Origin: the human T2T-CHM13v2.0 reference genome, Homo sapiens
Strand: one strand, 5' to 3'
Length of the DNA stretch: 64,000 bases
Assembly: GCF_009914755.1 (NCBI RefSeq)
Contig: NC_060934.1
In this document: in pieces, positions 29,591 through 49,510 of the stretch
Layout of the letters: every line of letters begins with the position of its first letter
Position numbering within the stretch: the first letter of the stretch is position 1
The notes under the pieces: model-generated
What the model saw: the letters and a program-made list of their open reading frames with translations, nothing else
Told to the model about the DNA's origin: nothing
Database searches by the model: none
Program-made: the position numbers and the translations under genes

Positions 29591-29794
29591 GTTGTTCATG
29601 TACTCTGAAAGCAGATCCTGAAGAGCCTGGCGAATGGCGTTGCATTCTGCGATAATCCGCTCTCGGTGTAAGTCCCTCGTACATGAAGAATCCGCCAGCA
29701 GAGCAGCCCCACTGATAATGGCTTCAAGGCGTTTCTCTAGTGATGGTCGTATTTCCTCCTCAGTTACTGTGAGTGGATTCAGGACAATTAAATT
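29591..29794 (-). CDS. CTNNA3: Internal coding exon (exon 7, phase 0/0, 68 codons) of alpha-T-catenin
   Basis: Minus strand reads ttcttctcttag|AATTTAATT...ATGAACAAC|gtaggt with a CTAAC branch-point motif upstream. It translates without stops to NLIVLNPLTVTEEEIRPSLEKRLEAIISGAALLADSSCTRDLHRERIIAECNAIRQALQDLLSEYMNN, the start of the alpha-catenin M region in its alpha-T-catenin version. Exon number is from recall. Confidence 0.96.
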
Positions 29795-29969
29795 CTAAGA
29801 GAAGAACACATTTGTATGGTTAGAGCTCCATGGCATTTCACTTTTATGAAAAACAAATGTTATTTTGTTTTTGCATTTAGAATTCAGATGTGATAATAAA
29901 GAGAACTGTGTTTTACTGCCTCGGCTGGTTCACACATAATGCTATGTAGTGATTATTATTCTGATAAAT

Positions 29970-30410
29970 AATGAAAGTGATGCAATTATGAGCTTTTGTT
30001 CTAGCCTCAGACAGACCTGGATTCAAATCTTACATTTCTCCCTCATGCAGGTGTCATACACTTGCTGAGCCTCAACCTCTTGATCTATAAAAGCAGAATA
30101 TTAATGTTGCGTGTGTTGTAAAACTGTTGTAAGAATGATATAAATGCTTAATACACTGACTGGAGCATATTAACTGTTATTTACAATAGTAACTTTTATA
30201 GACTGCACTGTTTATACAATATTTTCATGTATCTCATCCTGACAGCACCATGAGGAAGTAGGCAGCAAAGTATTAATAACTACACATTTCAGCTGATGAT
30301 GAGTGAGGCTGAAAGGCTGTCTTACCCAAGGTCATAGAGCAAATAAACAGTGACGTTCAGACAAGTATCCATGTCTTTCAATACCAGATTTAATATTATT
30401 TTCATTATGC
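29970..30410. mobile_element. MIR fragments
   Basis: CAGACAGACCTGGATTCAAATC core, and an oppositely oriented CTTACCCAAGGTCATAGAGC core. Confidence 0.6.
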
Positions 30411-31163
30411 CTCACTTTAAATCATAAACTTTAGTTAACTTTAACACTAACATATCAAAGTAAATTCTGAATTTTAATTATTTAATTTAAAACAAAACTG
30501 CTTCTTCCTGTTGATCTATTATAACTTCCAGCTATTTCCAGCTATTAGAAACTGACACGGTATTTTTAAGGTTTCCATTAGACATATCTTCAGGTAATAG
30601 AAGTCGAGATAATCTACAGCCTCTTAAGAAAAGATGGAAGGTATATGCTGCTCTAAGGGTCTTTTATTAAAATACTCCAAGAGAGGAAGTCTTTCCAAGA
30701 TTAGGCATAATGTGAGAATTGAAGAAAGAGATAGTGTAGAATAAAAGCTCTCTGAAGAACCCTTAACATGAAATGCAATCACATAATGATCTTCAGAGTG
30801 TGAAATTCTGAGTGTGAATCTACACACAAACACACTGTGAAGATATTATAAGATCTTCCTAGTATATAATCTTATGTATAAGATTATAGATATGTATATG
30901 TATTTTATATAGGTAGAGGTGTGTAAGTATGTAAATAAGTATATGTGTGTGTGTTTATATATAAAATCTTATACTTATCATTGTGTTACATTACATTCTG
31001 ATAAATATTTGGGGATTGAAAGTAGCCAGGATACAATTTTAAAAGCCACAACTGCAGAGTCAAGCTAGGAAGAAAAAATTATTATAGAAAAAGATATAGT
31101 TTTAAAACATTTTTTTTAAAAAAACAGCACTGTGTAATGTTCCCTTACTATAAAATGTGAGGG

Positions 31164-32984
<1,821 letters not shown>

Positions 32985-32992
32985 ATAAAATG

Positions 32993-34286
32993 TGAGGGTA
33001 CTCCAAAAAGTTCACGTAAAAAGTGGAGTTAAAATATAAAAATAAAAAATGTAAACTTTATTTCTCAACGTAAGCTCCATCAAGTTCAAGAAATTTATGC
33101 AAGTGATGATACCAGCTATTTAGTCTACCTCTAAAGAACTGAAGGTTCTGGGAATTCAACTATGTCAATGCAGTCTTTTTTACATTATTAACTGAAGAAA
33201 AATAGGTGCCCTTTACAATTTTTTTAAGATTAGGAAACAAAAAGGAGTCAGAAGGAGCCAAATCGGGACTGTAACATGGAAGCCTAATAATTTCCTATGC
33301 AAATCTTGCAAAATTGCCCTTGTTTAATAAGAGGAATGAGCACAAGTATTATTGTGATGGAGAAGGACTCTCTGGTGAAGCTTTCCTAAGCATTTTTCTG
33401 CTAACGCTTTGGCCAACTTTCTTAAAACACTCTTATAATAAGTAGTTATCATTCTTTGGCCTCCCAGCAAGTTAACAGACAAAATGTCTTGAGAATCCCA
33501 AACACTATTACCATGACCTTTGCTCTTGACTGGTCCAATTTTGCTTCGACTCGATTACTTCCAACTCTTGGTAGCCATTGCTTTGACTGTGCTGTGCCTT
33601 AGGGATCGTAGTGGTAAAGCCATGTTCCATCTCCTTTTACATTTCTTTGGAGAGATGCTTCAGGATCTTGATATCAATTGTTTAAAAAATTTCTATTGAA
33701 AGCTCTGCTCTTATCTGCAGCTTCTCCCGGAGCAACATTTTTGACACTCATCAAGTAGAAAGTTGGCTCAACTTTAATATTTTAGTCAGAACTGTATAAG
33801 CTGAAGCAATTGAGATGTCTATGGTGTTGGCTATTGTTTGTGCTGTTAATTGTCAGTCCTTTTCAATTAAGACATGAACAAGATTAATTTTTTTCCCACA
33901 AATTGATGTGGATGTTCTGCCACCTTGAGCTTCATCTTTGACATCATCTCATCCCTTACTAAAATGAGTTACCCACTTGTAAACTGCTGATTTCTTTGAG
34001 GCATTGTCCCTATAAACCTTTTATAAAGCATCAATGATTTTACCATTCTTTTGCCCAGTCTTCACCACATATTTGATGTTTGTTCTTGCTTCATTTTTAT
34101 CAGAATTCACATTGCTGATAGAGGTTCTTCAAACTGATGTTTTATCTTTCTCAGTGCCTCAAAATAAATCCCATTCTGACATGTTACAACAAGTTAGTAT
34201 GAGTTTATTTTGGTGGAAAAAATGTTGAAATCCATGCATAGTTTTTTATAATACACATTCTTCATGAACTTTTTGAAGGCCCCTTA
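32993..34286 (-). mobile_element. HSMAR2 mariner transposon, essentially full length, defective
   Basis: TIRs TGAGGGTACTCCAAAAAGTTCA and TGAACTTTTTGAAGGCCCCTTA; about 1.29 kb. Minus strand encodes (V)NSDKNEARTNIKYVVKTGQKNGKIIDAL*KVYRDNASKKSAVYKW, the HSMAR2 transposase N-terminus with a stop. Confidence 0.88.
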
Positions 34287-34382
34287 TATAATGTAAAATG
34301 TAAACTAGAATATAGATCTGATATAAAATTGGTTAAATATCTTAAAAGCATGCAGGAGAATTCTTCCTTTCCTGACTGTTTT

Positions 34383-34699
34383 CTTCCTATTTTTCTTTTT
34401 TTCTTTTCTTTTTTTGTTTTTTAGATGGAGTCTCACTCTGTTGCCAGGCTTGAGTGCAGTGGCGCGATCTCGGCTCACTGCAACCTCTACCCCCAAATTC
34501 AAGCGACTCTCTTGCCTCAGCCTCCCAAGTAGCTGGGACTACAGGTGCACGTCACCACATCCAGCTAATTTTTATATTTTTAGTAGAGAGAGGGTTTCAC
34601 CATGTTGGCCAGGATGGTCTCGATCTCTTGACCACATGATCCGCCTGCCTCGGCCTCCCAAAGTGCTGGGATTACAGGTGTGAGCCATCACGGCCGGCC
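34383..34699 (-). mobile_element. Alu (AluSc-like)
   Basis: Reverse dimer with CTGTTGCCAGGC and GATCTCTTGACC. Confidence 0.92.
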
Positions 34700-35013
34700 T
34701 TTTTTTCCTTTTTTTCTATGCCTCTATTGAGTCTCTCCATTTTTCTGTCTTACATGGGCAAAAAAATTTTTAAAAACATGAAAGGAAATTAACTTTACAA
34801 AAAGCAAATTTAACATTTCTTTTTCTTTACCCAGTAGATATTATTTTTGATGAAACCATAATCCCTACAATGGGGCTGGCCATCAGTTAAGGCTTCATTC
34901 ATCTAAGTCTTCCTCCTTATTTCATTTGCCACTTTTACCACATCTTTCTTTGGCCCACTCATTTAGTACAAACTTTCCACTACAATGTTTCATAACAAAA
35001 ATTAAACCATTTA

Positions 35014-35317
<304 letters not shown>

Positions 35318-36859
35318 CTATTAAACCATTTAAAACCTTTTTGGAAATGTACTTCCAGTGTGGCATCATTAAGAAAAGACTATGCAGGCAATAGAATTGC
35401 TCTTTAATTGCTCTAATGTAATTAGAAGATGTGATAGAAACAGTGAATATGTCTCCAGCATTGTGACAATAGGAAAAAACTGATTACATTTCAAATCTGT
35501 TTGCTGTAAGTACTGCAAGAAAAAACTGCCGTGATTTTTGGCAGTTCTGGCTTTTTTGCCATGTTCTAGCTGTGATTTCATGTTAGTAAATAGCCTATAT
35601 TGTAGAATTAAGTTCACTCTAGCTTCTGCTCTACAGGTTCATTCCTCAAACTATCTCAGCATTTGGAATTTTACATGCTTGACTTTTAAGACTTCCGATT
35701 CTTCAAGCTCATCTGAACTCAAACCGTTGTCTGTTCTGACATCTGACACCTATAGGCAGGTCTCTTGATTTTGCCTGAAACAACTGTCCTACTATTCCAA
35801 CCTACTAAAGTTTTCACTAACCTTGTCACTGAATCAATAAAAAGGCAAGAATTTTTTAAAGTAAATCAAATGTCCTGTGAAATGGCACTGGATTTGTTTA
35901 AGACCAACTGAAATAAGTTTTTACCTCTTCCGATGCACAATAGCTATGTTAAAACAGCATTTCAGTGTGTTTCATGGCATTAATCCCATGAAAGACAATC
36001 AATAGGATATTGTTTTTTCAGGATGCCACTCCATTGAAATAGAAAATATTTTTCCTTTTTTAAGGTTCCACTCAATGTATACTTACCTCCTTAATAATTT
36101 GATTGCTGACAGAACATTATTTTTTAAATATAATTAAGAGTCCCAACTCCATATTCTTCTATTATATTATTTTGTTTAAAAGAGTAAGTATAGCTAGAAA
36201 TTTAGAACCCAGGTCTTAGAAGCAGATAGCCTGGGTTTGAATCCTGGCACATAGCTATAAACAAATATATTTGTATTGATATCATCCTCTATATTTTTAT
36301 CTCTCTCTGGAGAGCTTATAATTTATTTGATTAATAAATTTATTCCTTATTTTTCTTCCTACCACTTCTTTTCAAAATTAAAGACTTTAAGTAACTTACC
36401 CAAGATCACTCAGCTAGTAAGTAGCAGAGGGAAGAGTCTGTCCAAATCTGTCTACTTCCAGTTCCATGCTATAACTACCATGCAATGCTGCTTTTGTTAT
36501 CTTATTTAATCATTACCAACCATTTTGTGGGGTATTATCATCATTAATTTATACATGTGAAAACCGAGAGTGAGCAAGATTAAGTAAGTTGTCTAATAAT
36601 CCCCTTAAAAGAGAAGATATAGGATTCAAATCCAATTTTATATAAGTACCAAATCCATACACTTTCTACCACTCTGGGGAAACTGAGATGAGACCACCTG
36701 GCAAACTTCTTCATTCACCTGAGTCTCATTATGTTTTTCCACTCATTTCTTCTCCTCCTTGTCTTCAAGGAAGACATAGTCTTTCTCTCTCATCATTTTC
36801 TTTCTCTCTCTTTATCTCTCTCTCTTTCTTTCTCTCTCTCTTATCTCCCCTTTGTTTCT

Positions 36860-37157
36860 TTCTTTTTTGAAAAAAATTTGAGGAATGTCTCACTCTGTCA
36901 CCCAGGCTGAGTGCAGTTGTGCAATGATGGCTCACTGCAGCCTTGACCTCCCCAACTCAGGTGATCTTCCCAACTCAGCCTCCGCAGTAACTGGAATCAC
37001 AGGTGTGTGCCACCCCACCCAGCTAGTTTTTGTAATTTTTGTAGAGATGGGGTTTCACCATGTTGCCCAGGCTGGTCTCAAACTCCTGAGTTCAGGCAAT
37101 CCACCTGCCTTGACCTCCCACAGTGCTGGAATTATAGGTGTAAGCCACTGTGCCCAG
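36860..37157 (-). mobile_element. Alu (AluJ) next to a CT-rich tract
   Basis: Reverse dimer; (CT)n-rich stretch at 36780-36868. Confidence 0.88.
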
Positions 37158-37487
37158 TGTTCCCCTTTATTTTCAAGGCTATCTTCTCCTCATCACAAAC
37201 CCCAAGTACTCTTCAACTTTTCCTTCCTTACATTCTGAGTCTCTTAAAGAGCCTACTCTGTGCCAGGTACTGTGCTAGGAATTGGTAATAGAATGGTGAG
37301 CATCCCTGCCCTCCTCACAGGGCTCACATCTCAGAACTTAACACTATTAACCAAGAAAATCACAAAAATACGTAACTACAATGTGGATGTGTTGTATAAA
37401 TAAAAAGAGTAGTTAGTTAAGCACAGATTGACCAGACGTAAGTCTGGACAATTAAATGCAGAATCAAAATGGTTAAAGGCAAAGTAG

Positions 37488-37696
37488 GGCTAAGCACAGT
37501 GGCTCACGCCTGTAATCCCAGCACTTTGGGAGGCACAGATGAGCCAACTGCTTGAGCCCAGGAGTTCAACATCAGCCTGGGCAACATAGTGAAACCCGTT
37601 TCTACAAAAAATATAAAAGTTAGCTGGGCAAGGTGGCACATCCCTGTATTCCCAGCTACTTGGGAGGCTGAGGTAGGAGGATCATTTGAGCCTGGC
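37488..37696 (+). mobile_element. 3'-truncated AluJ
   Basis: Left arm and part of the right arm, no tail. Confidence 0.85.
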
Positions 37697-37769
37697 AAAC
37701 CAGTCATTCACAGAATTCTTAGGGAGGGATTTAGATCCATAGAACATGGAATTGAAAGCTACAGGTAAT

Positions 37770-38843
<1,074 letters not shown>

Positions 38844-38851
38844 GGATGATT

Positions 38852-39755
38852 GGAGGAGCCAAGATGGCCGAATAGGAACAGCTCCAGTCTACAGCTCCCA
38901 GCGTGAGCGACGCAGAAGACCGGTGATTTCTCCATTTCCATCTGAGGTACCGGGTTCATCTCACTAGGGAGTGCCAGACAGTGGGCGCAGGCCAGTGTGT
39001 GCGCGCACCGTGCGCGAGCCGAAGCAGGGCGAGGCATTGCCTCACCTGGGAAGCGCAAGGGGTCAGGGAGTTCCCTTTCCGAGTCAAAGAAAGGGGTGAC
39101 GGACGCACCTGGAAAATCGGGTCACTCCCACCCGAATATTGCGCTTTTCAGACCGGCTTAAAAAACGGCGCACCACGAGACTATATCCCACACCTGGCTC
39201 AGAGGGTCCTACGCCCACGGAATCTCGCTGATTGCTAGCACAGCAGTCTGAGATCAAACTGCAAGGCGGCAACGAGGCTGGGGGAGGGGTGCCCGCCATT
39301 GCCCAGGCTTGCTTAGGTAAACAAAGCAGCCGGGAAGCTCGAACTGGGTGGAGCCCACCACAGCTCAAGGAGGCCTGCCTGCCTCTGTAGGCTCCACCTC
39401 TGGGGGCAGGGCACAGACAAACAAAAAGACAGCAGTAACCTCTGCAGACTTAAGTGTCCCTGTCTGACAGCTTTGAAGAGAGCAGTGGTTCTCCCAGCAC
39501 GCAGCTGGAGATCTGAGAACGGGCAGACTGCCTCCTCAAGTGGGTCCCTGACCCCTGACCCCCGAGCAGCCTAACTGGGAGGCACCCCCCCAGCAGGGGC
39601 ACACTGACACCTCACACGGCAGGGTATTCCAACAGACCTGCAGCTGAGGGTCCTGTCTGTTAGAAGGAAAACTAACAACCAGAAAGGACATCTACACCGA
39701 AAACCCATCTGTACATCACCATCATCAAAGACCAAAAGTAGATAAAACCACAAAG
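38852..39755. promoter_or_regulatory. L1 5'UTR: internal sense promoter, antisense promoter and CpG island
   Basis: Intact YY1 site CAAGATGGCCG at about 38860-38870. This is the only extended CpG-dense stretch in the window. Confidence 0.88.
39084..39299 (-). CDS. L1 ORF0 (71 aa antisense ORF)
   Basis: MAGTPPPASLPPCSLISDCC...RHPFL, nested in the track ORF 39084..39368. Both internal splice donors are present: CCAG|GTGTGG after 39194 and CCAG|GTGCGT after 39109. Confidence 0.9.
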   Translation of the reverse strand: MAGTPPPASLPPCSLISDCCASNQRDSVGVGPSEPGVGYSLVVRRFLSRSEKRNIRVGVTRFSRCVRHPFL

Positions 39756-40772
39756 ATGGGGAAAAAACAGAACAGAAAAACTGGAAACTCTAAAACGCAG
39801 AGCGCCTCTCCTCCTCCAAAGGAACGCAGTTCCTCACCAGCAACGGAACAAAGCTGGATGGAGAATGATTTTGACGAGCTGAGAGAAGAAGGCTTCAGAC
39901 GATCAAATTACTCTGAGCTACGGGAGGACATTCAAACCAAAGGCAAAGAAGTTGAAAACTTTGAAAAAAATTTAGAAGAATGTATAACTAGAATAACCAA
40001 TACAGAGAACTGCTTAAAGGAGCTGATGGAGCTGAAAACCAAGGCTCGAGAACTACGTGAAGAATGCAGAAGCCTCAGGAGCAGATGCGATCAACTGGAA
40101 GAAAGGGTATCAGCAATGGAAGATGAAATGAATGAAATGAAGCGAGAAGGGAAGTTTAGAGAAAAAAGAATAAAAAGAAATGAGCAAAGCCTCCAAGAAA
40201 TATGGGACTATGTGAAAAGACCAAATCTACGTCTGATTGGTGTACCTGAAAGTGATGTGGAGAATGGAACCAAGTTGGAAAACACTCTGCAGGATATTAT
40301 CCAGGAGAACTTCCCCAATCTAGCAAGGCAGGCCAACGTTCAGATTCAGGAAATACAGAGAACGCCACAAAGATTCTCCTCGAGAAGAGCAACTCCAAGA
40401 CACATAATTGTCAGATTCACCAAAGTTGAAATGAAGGAAAAAATATTAAGGGCAGCCAGAGAGAAAGGTCGGGTTACCCTCAAAGGGAAGCCCATCAGAC
40501 TAACAGCGGATCTCTCAGCAGAAACCCTACAAGCCAGAAGAGAGTGGGGGCCAATATTCAACATTCTTAAAGAAAAGAATTTTCAACCCAGAATTTCATA
40601 TCCAGCCAAACTAAGCTTCATAAGTGAAGGAGAAATAAAATACTTTATAGACAAGCAAATGCTGAGAGATTTTGTCACCACCAGGCCTGCCCTAAAAGAG
40701 CTCCTGAAGGAAGTGCTAAACATGGAAAGGAACAACCGGTACCAGCCGCTGCAAAATCATGCCAAAATGTAA
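39756..40772 (+). CDS. L1 ORF1p, 338 aa RNA-binding chaperone
   Basis: Full-length ORF. REKG235-238, RR261-262 and YPAKLS282-287 are intact. K85N, Y207F, M230I and A320V relative to the recalled L1HS consensus. Confidence 0.97.
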   Translation: MGKKQNRKTGNSKTQSASPPPKERSSSPATEQSWMENDFDELREEGFRRSNYSELREDIQTKGKEVENFEKNLEECITRITNTENCLKELMELKTKARELREECRSLRSRCDQLEERVSAMEDEMNEMKREGKFREKRIKRNEQSLQEIWDYVKRPNLRLIGVPESDVENGTKLENTLQDIIQENFPNLARQANVQIQEIQRTPQRFSSRRATPRHIIVRFTKVEMKEKILRAAREKGRVTLKGKPIRLTADLSAETLQARREWGPIFNILKEKNFQPRISYPAKLSFISEGEIKYFIDKQMLRDFVTTRPALKELLKEVLNMERNNRYQPLQNHAKM

Positions 40773-40808
40773 AGACCATCGAGACTAGGAAGAAACTGCA
40801 TCAACTAA

Positions 40809-44663
<3,855 letters not shown>

Positions 44664-46552
44664 ACAATGAGATCACATGGACACAGGAAGGGGAATATCA
44701 CACTCTGGGGACTGTGGTGGGGTCGGGGGAGTGGGGAGGGATAGCATTGGGAGATATATCTAATGCTAGATGACACGTTAGTGGGTGCAGCGCACCAGCA
44801 TGGCACATGTATACATATGTAACTAACCTGCACAATGTGCACATGTACCCTAAAACTTAAAGTATAATAATAATAATAATTAAAAAAGAAAAAAAAAAAA
44901 AAAAAAAACATCATGTTATACACCACAAATATACATAATTTTTATTCACTAATTTAAAAAATTTTAAATGAACTGCTAAAAAACAGTCTGGATGTGATCT
45001 TATCCAGATTTTATGTTATCAAGTCTTCCTGAACAGGCATCAGCATTATAATTATACAGCTAGAAGCAGAAAGACTGAAACTTGAAAACAAGTCAAAGAG
45101 AAGACAGGTACTTTACATCTGAGTAAACAAAAAAACTGCATCAAAGGTAGGGAAGGGATCTGTGAAACCGGGAGAATACATATTTCATCCATCTATAGGA
45201 GTTTTGAAAAATCTGACACTATGACGGAATGATTAAAATTAAAATAAATTGCAAATATCAATATTTTAAAATACAAAAGATGTATACCACCCACAGAATG
45301 GAAGTATGAGAACCAATTCAAATAGTGATGTGGGGAATGTCTTATATTAAATCATTTAATGGAGAATATGTAGTTTACGTAGGCATTGCTGATCATTTTT
45401 CTTTTTGGTTGTAGCCTAAAGGCTATCTTCCAGAAAATAACTTATAAGGATTATTTTAATCAATATGACTTACAGTGAAAGAAAACTCTATGGCCTCTAG
45501 AAACAGAAATAATTGCTACATTTTGAGAAGACTGAGATCATGGCTCTACATGTATTTGAGTGAACAATGTGGGATGAATCTATATATAATAGCTTGAAAA
45601 ATTGCCAGAATATATGATAAAATAAAAAACAGAAGTGGCAGGATGATATATATAATGATATCATATATATTTTTAAAACGAGCACACAACAACACTTTGT
45701 ATTTTCTCTGAGTGCATATGTGTATATGAGAGCCTAGGAAAAGGTCTAAAGGAAACATACCAATACCATAGCAATTATTATTTTGGGGGGAGGATGAGAC
45801 AAGAACCCAAACTGGGGTAGTAAAGTTTTAATTTTTTAATAACTAGGCTTCATTTCATATTACTTATAAAAATACAAAGTAATTAAAAATTCAAATTCTT
45901 AAATTTTAAAAAAGATAATTATGGACCAAATGTTTATTACTCTTTTAGATTCAAGTATTAATCAACTAATTATTTTGGAATCAAATAGACAAAATGCTTT
46001 CTTTGTTTACCAGAATGAATATAATATTATTTTTAAATTAATCAGTTGCAAGAATTTCAATTTTATTATGTTAGGTTTACACTGTTTAAACTATTACAAA
46101 TATGTTTGGCTAATATATGTCTTTTAAAAAATAAAGACATCAAGAGAGTGAAAAAACAAGACACAGACTGGGAGACAATATTTGTAAAAGGCATATCCGA
46201 TAAACGATATTATCCAAAACATATGAAGGATTCTTAAAACTCAACTATAAATAAATAGCCTCATTTTTAAAAATAGGCCAATGACCTTAACAGATAATTC
46301 ACTTAAACATATATACAGATAGAAAATAAGCATATGAAAATAAGCATAAGTCATAAGGGAGATGCAAAGTAAAACAGTAATGAGATACCACTACACATCT
46401 ATTAGAATGGCCAAATTCCAGGACACTGACAACACCAAATGCTGGCAAGAATGTGGAGTAATAAAAACTCTAATTCACTGCTGATAGGAATGCAAAGTGA
46501 TAAAGCCACTTTGAAAAACAGTTTGGCGGTTTCTTACAAAATTAAACATATT

Positions 46553-48687
46553 GTCCCACTCTCACCATTTCCACTTAATATATTCCTGGAAGTCCTAGCC
46601 AGAGCAATTAAGCAAGAAAAAGAAATAAAAGGCATACAAATCAGGAAAAAAAGAAGTAAAATTTTCTCTGTTTGCAGATTATATAATATTATGTATAGAA
46701 AACCCAAAGACTCAACCAAAAACCTATTATAACTAGTAAACAAATCCAATAAAGTTGCAGGATACAAAACCAAAGTACAAAAATCAGTTGCATTTCTGTA
46801 TGCTAACAACAAACTATCTGAAAAAGAAAGAAAACAATGCAATGTATATTAGCATCAAAAATATAAACCACTTAGAAACAAATTTAACCACAGATTTGAA
46901 AGATCTGTGGTTACATTAAAAATTACAAGGCATTGATGAAAAAAATTGAAGACACAAACAAATGAAAAAGTACCCTGATGTTCATGGATTAAAATAATTA
47001 GTACTGTTAAATGTCTATATTACCCAAAGTGATCTATAGAGTCAAAACAATCTATGTCAAAATTCTAACAGTATTCTTCAAAGAAATAGAAAAAACAATC
47101 CTAACATTCATATAAAACCACAAAAGACCACAAATAGCCAAAGCAATCTTAAGAACAAAACTGGAGGGATCACACTTCCTGATTTCAAAGTACATTACAA
47201 AGCTATAGCAATCAAAACAGTATAGTACTAGCATAAAAACATACACAAACACCATTTGAATAGAATTAAGAACCCAGGAATAAACCCACACATATACAGT
47301 CAACTAATATTCTGTAAAAGCACAATGGGGAAAGAATAGTCTCTTCAATAAATGGTGCTGGGAAAACTGAATATTTACAGACAAAAATAAAATAAAATTC
47401 GACCCTTATCTACACCACTCACAAAAATTAACTTGAAATGGATAAAAGACATAACTGTAATGCCTGAAACTGTAAAACTCCTAGAAGAAAACATAGGGTA
47501 AAAGATTCTTGACATTGGTCTCAACAATGTCTTTTTAGATGACACCAAAAGCACATGCAACAAAAGCAAAAAGATTTAAGTGGGACTACTTATAAAAATC
47601 TTCTTCTTCTGCAAAAAATCTTCTGCAAAGCAAAGCAAACAACCAACAAAATGAAAAGGCAACACACAGAAAGAATGGGAGAAAATATTTGTAGACCATG
47701 TATTCAATAAGGAGTTAATATCTAAAATATAGTAGGAAGTCATACCACTCAATAACAATATAATAATAATAATCCAATTAAAAATAAGTAAAGGCGCTGA
47801 ATATACATTTCTGAAAAAGAAAACATACAAAAGGCCAATAGTGCATTAAAAGATCTTCAATAGCACTGATCATCAAGGGAAATGCAACTCAAAACCACAG
47901 TGAGATATTACCTCACACCTGTTAGGATGGATATTATTAAAAAGACAAGAGATAATATTTGAGACGATGTGGAGAAAAGGGAACTTTTGCACACTGCTGG
48001 TGGGAATGTAAATTGATACAGTCATAATGAAAAAAAGTGGGGAGATTCCTCAAAAATTAAAAATACAACTACCAAAAGATCTAGCAATTCCACTTCTGAA
48101 TTTATATCTGAAGGAATTAAGTAGCTTGAAATGACATCTGCACTCCCACATTCATTCCATCATTATCACAATAGCCAAAACATGGCAACTACCTAAGCAT
48201 CTGCAGATGAATGAATGAATAAAGAAATGGTCATATATATGTATATATACAACCACTTACAATAGAATAGTATTCAGCTATAAGAAATGAAGAAAATCTT
48301 GCCATTTGTGGATGAACCTGGAGGGCATTTTGCTAAGTGAAATAAGCCAAACACAGAAAGACAAATACAATATGATACCACTTATATGTAAAATCAAACT
48401 GTTTTGATTTTACATAAATCATAAAAACAGAGTGAAGCAGCAGTTGCCAAAGATGAGAGGGTGTGGGAAATGGGGAGATGTTGACCAGTGGGGGCAAACT
48501 TTCAGTTATAAGATAAATAAGTTCTGGGGATCTAATGTACAACATAGATGGTAATTGGTATGTTAATTAATATGATTGGGGTAATCATTACACAATGCAC
48601 ATGTATATCAAATCATCACATTGTATACCTTTAATATATACATTCTTTGTCAATTGAATATTTAAAATTGTTTTAATTCAAATTTTA
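46553..48687 (+). mobile_element. L1MA8-like 5'-truncated element
   Basis: ORF2 from [23 protein letters not shown] to an L1MA-type 3'UTR. Confidence 0.8.
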
Positions 48688-48711
48688 AAAACTAAACATA
48701 ATTTTCCTAAA

Positions 48712-49510
48712 CCTTTTAAGTCGGAGTACCTGTGCAGGTTTGTTATATAGGTAAACTTGTGTCATGAGGGTTTGTTTTACAGATTATTTTGTCACCAGGT
48801 ATTAAGCCTAATACCCATTCATTATTTTCCTGAACCTCTCCCTCCTCCCACCCTCCACCCTCTATTAGGCACCAGTGCCTGTTGTTTCCCTTTATGTGTT
48901 CTCATCATTTAGCTCCCACTTATAAATGAGAGAATGCAGTATTTGGTTTTCTGTTACTGCTTCAGTTTGCTTAGAATAATGGCCTCCAGCTCCATCCATG
49001 TTCCTGCAAAGGACATAATCTCACTGTTTTTATGGCTGCATAGTATTCCATGATATATATGTATGAGATTTTCTTTATCCAGCCTATCATTGGTGGGCAT
49101 TTAGTTTGATTCTATGTCTTTGCTATTGTGAATAGTGCCACAATGAACATGTGTGCATGTGTCTTTATGACAGAACAATTTATATTCCTTTGGGTCAAAA
49201 TGAATTTCTGTTTTTAGGTATTGAGGAATTGACACACTACTTTCCACAATGGTTGAACTAATTAAGGCTCCCACTAGCTGTGTATAAGTGTTCCCTTTGC
49301 TCCACAACCTCGCCAACATCTGTTATTTTTTTACTTTTTAATACTAGCCATTCTGACTGGTGTGAGATATCTCATTGTGGTTTTGATTTGCATTTCTCTA
49401 AGATCAGTGATGCTGAGCTTTTTTAAAACTATGTTTGTTGGCTACATGTATGCCTTCTTTTGAAATGTGTCTGTTCATGTCCTTTGCCCACTTTTTAATG
49501 GGGTTGTTTG
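48712..49510 (-). mobile_element. L1PA13-like 3' fragment
   Basis: Reverse 3'UTR GTGCAGGTTTGTTATATAGGTAAAC...CCTCTCCCTCCTCCCACCCTCCACCCTC. Confidence 0.82.

Noticed and set aside
36081-36090. Consensus minus-strand donor GAG|GTAAGT
   Set aside because: No evident exon upstream; unsupported without transcript data.
44775-44860. Calling the full-length L1 a hot Ta element
   Set aside because: It has ACG not ACA, A not G at the second diagnostic site, and several ancestral ORF2 residues.
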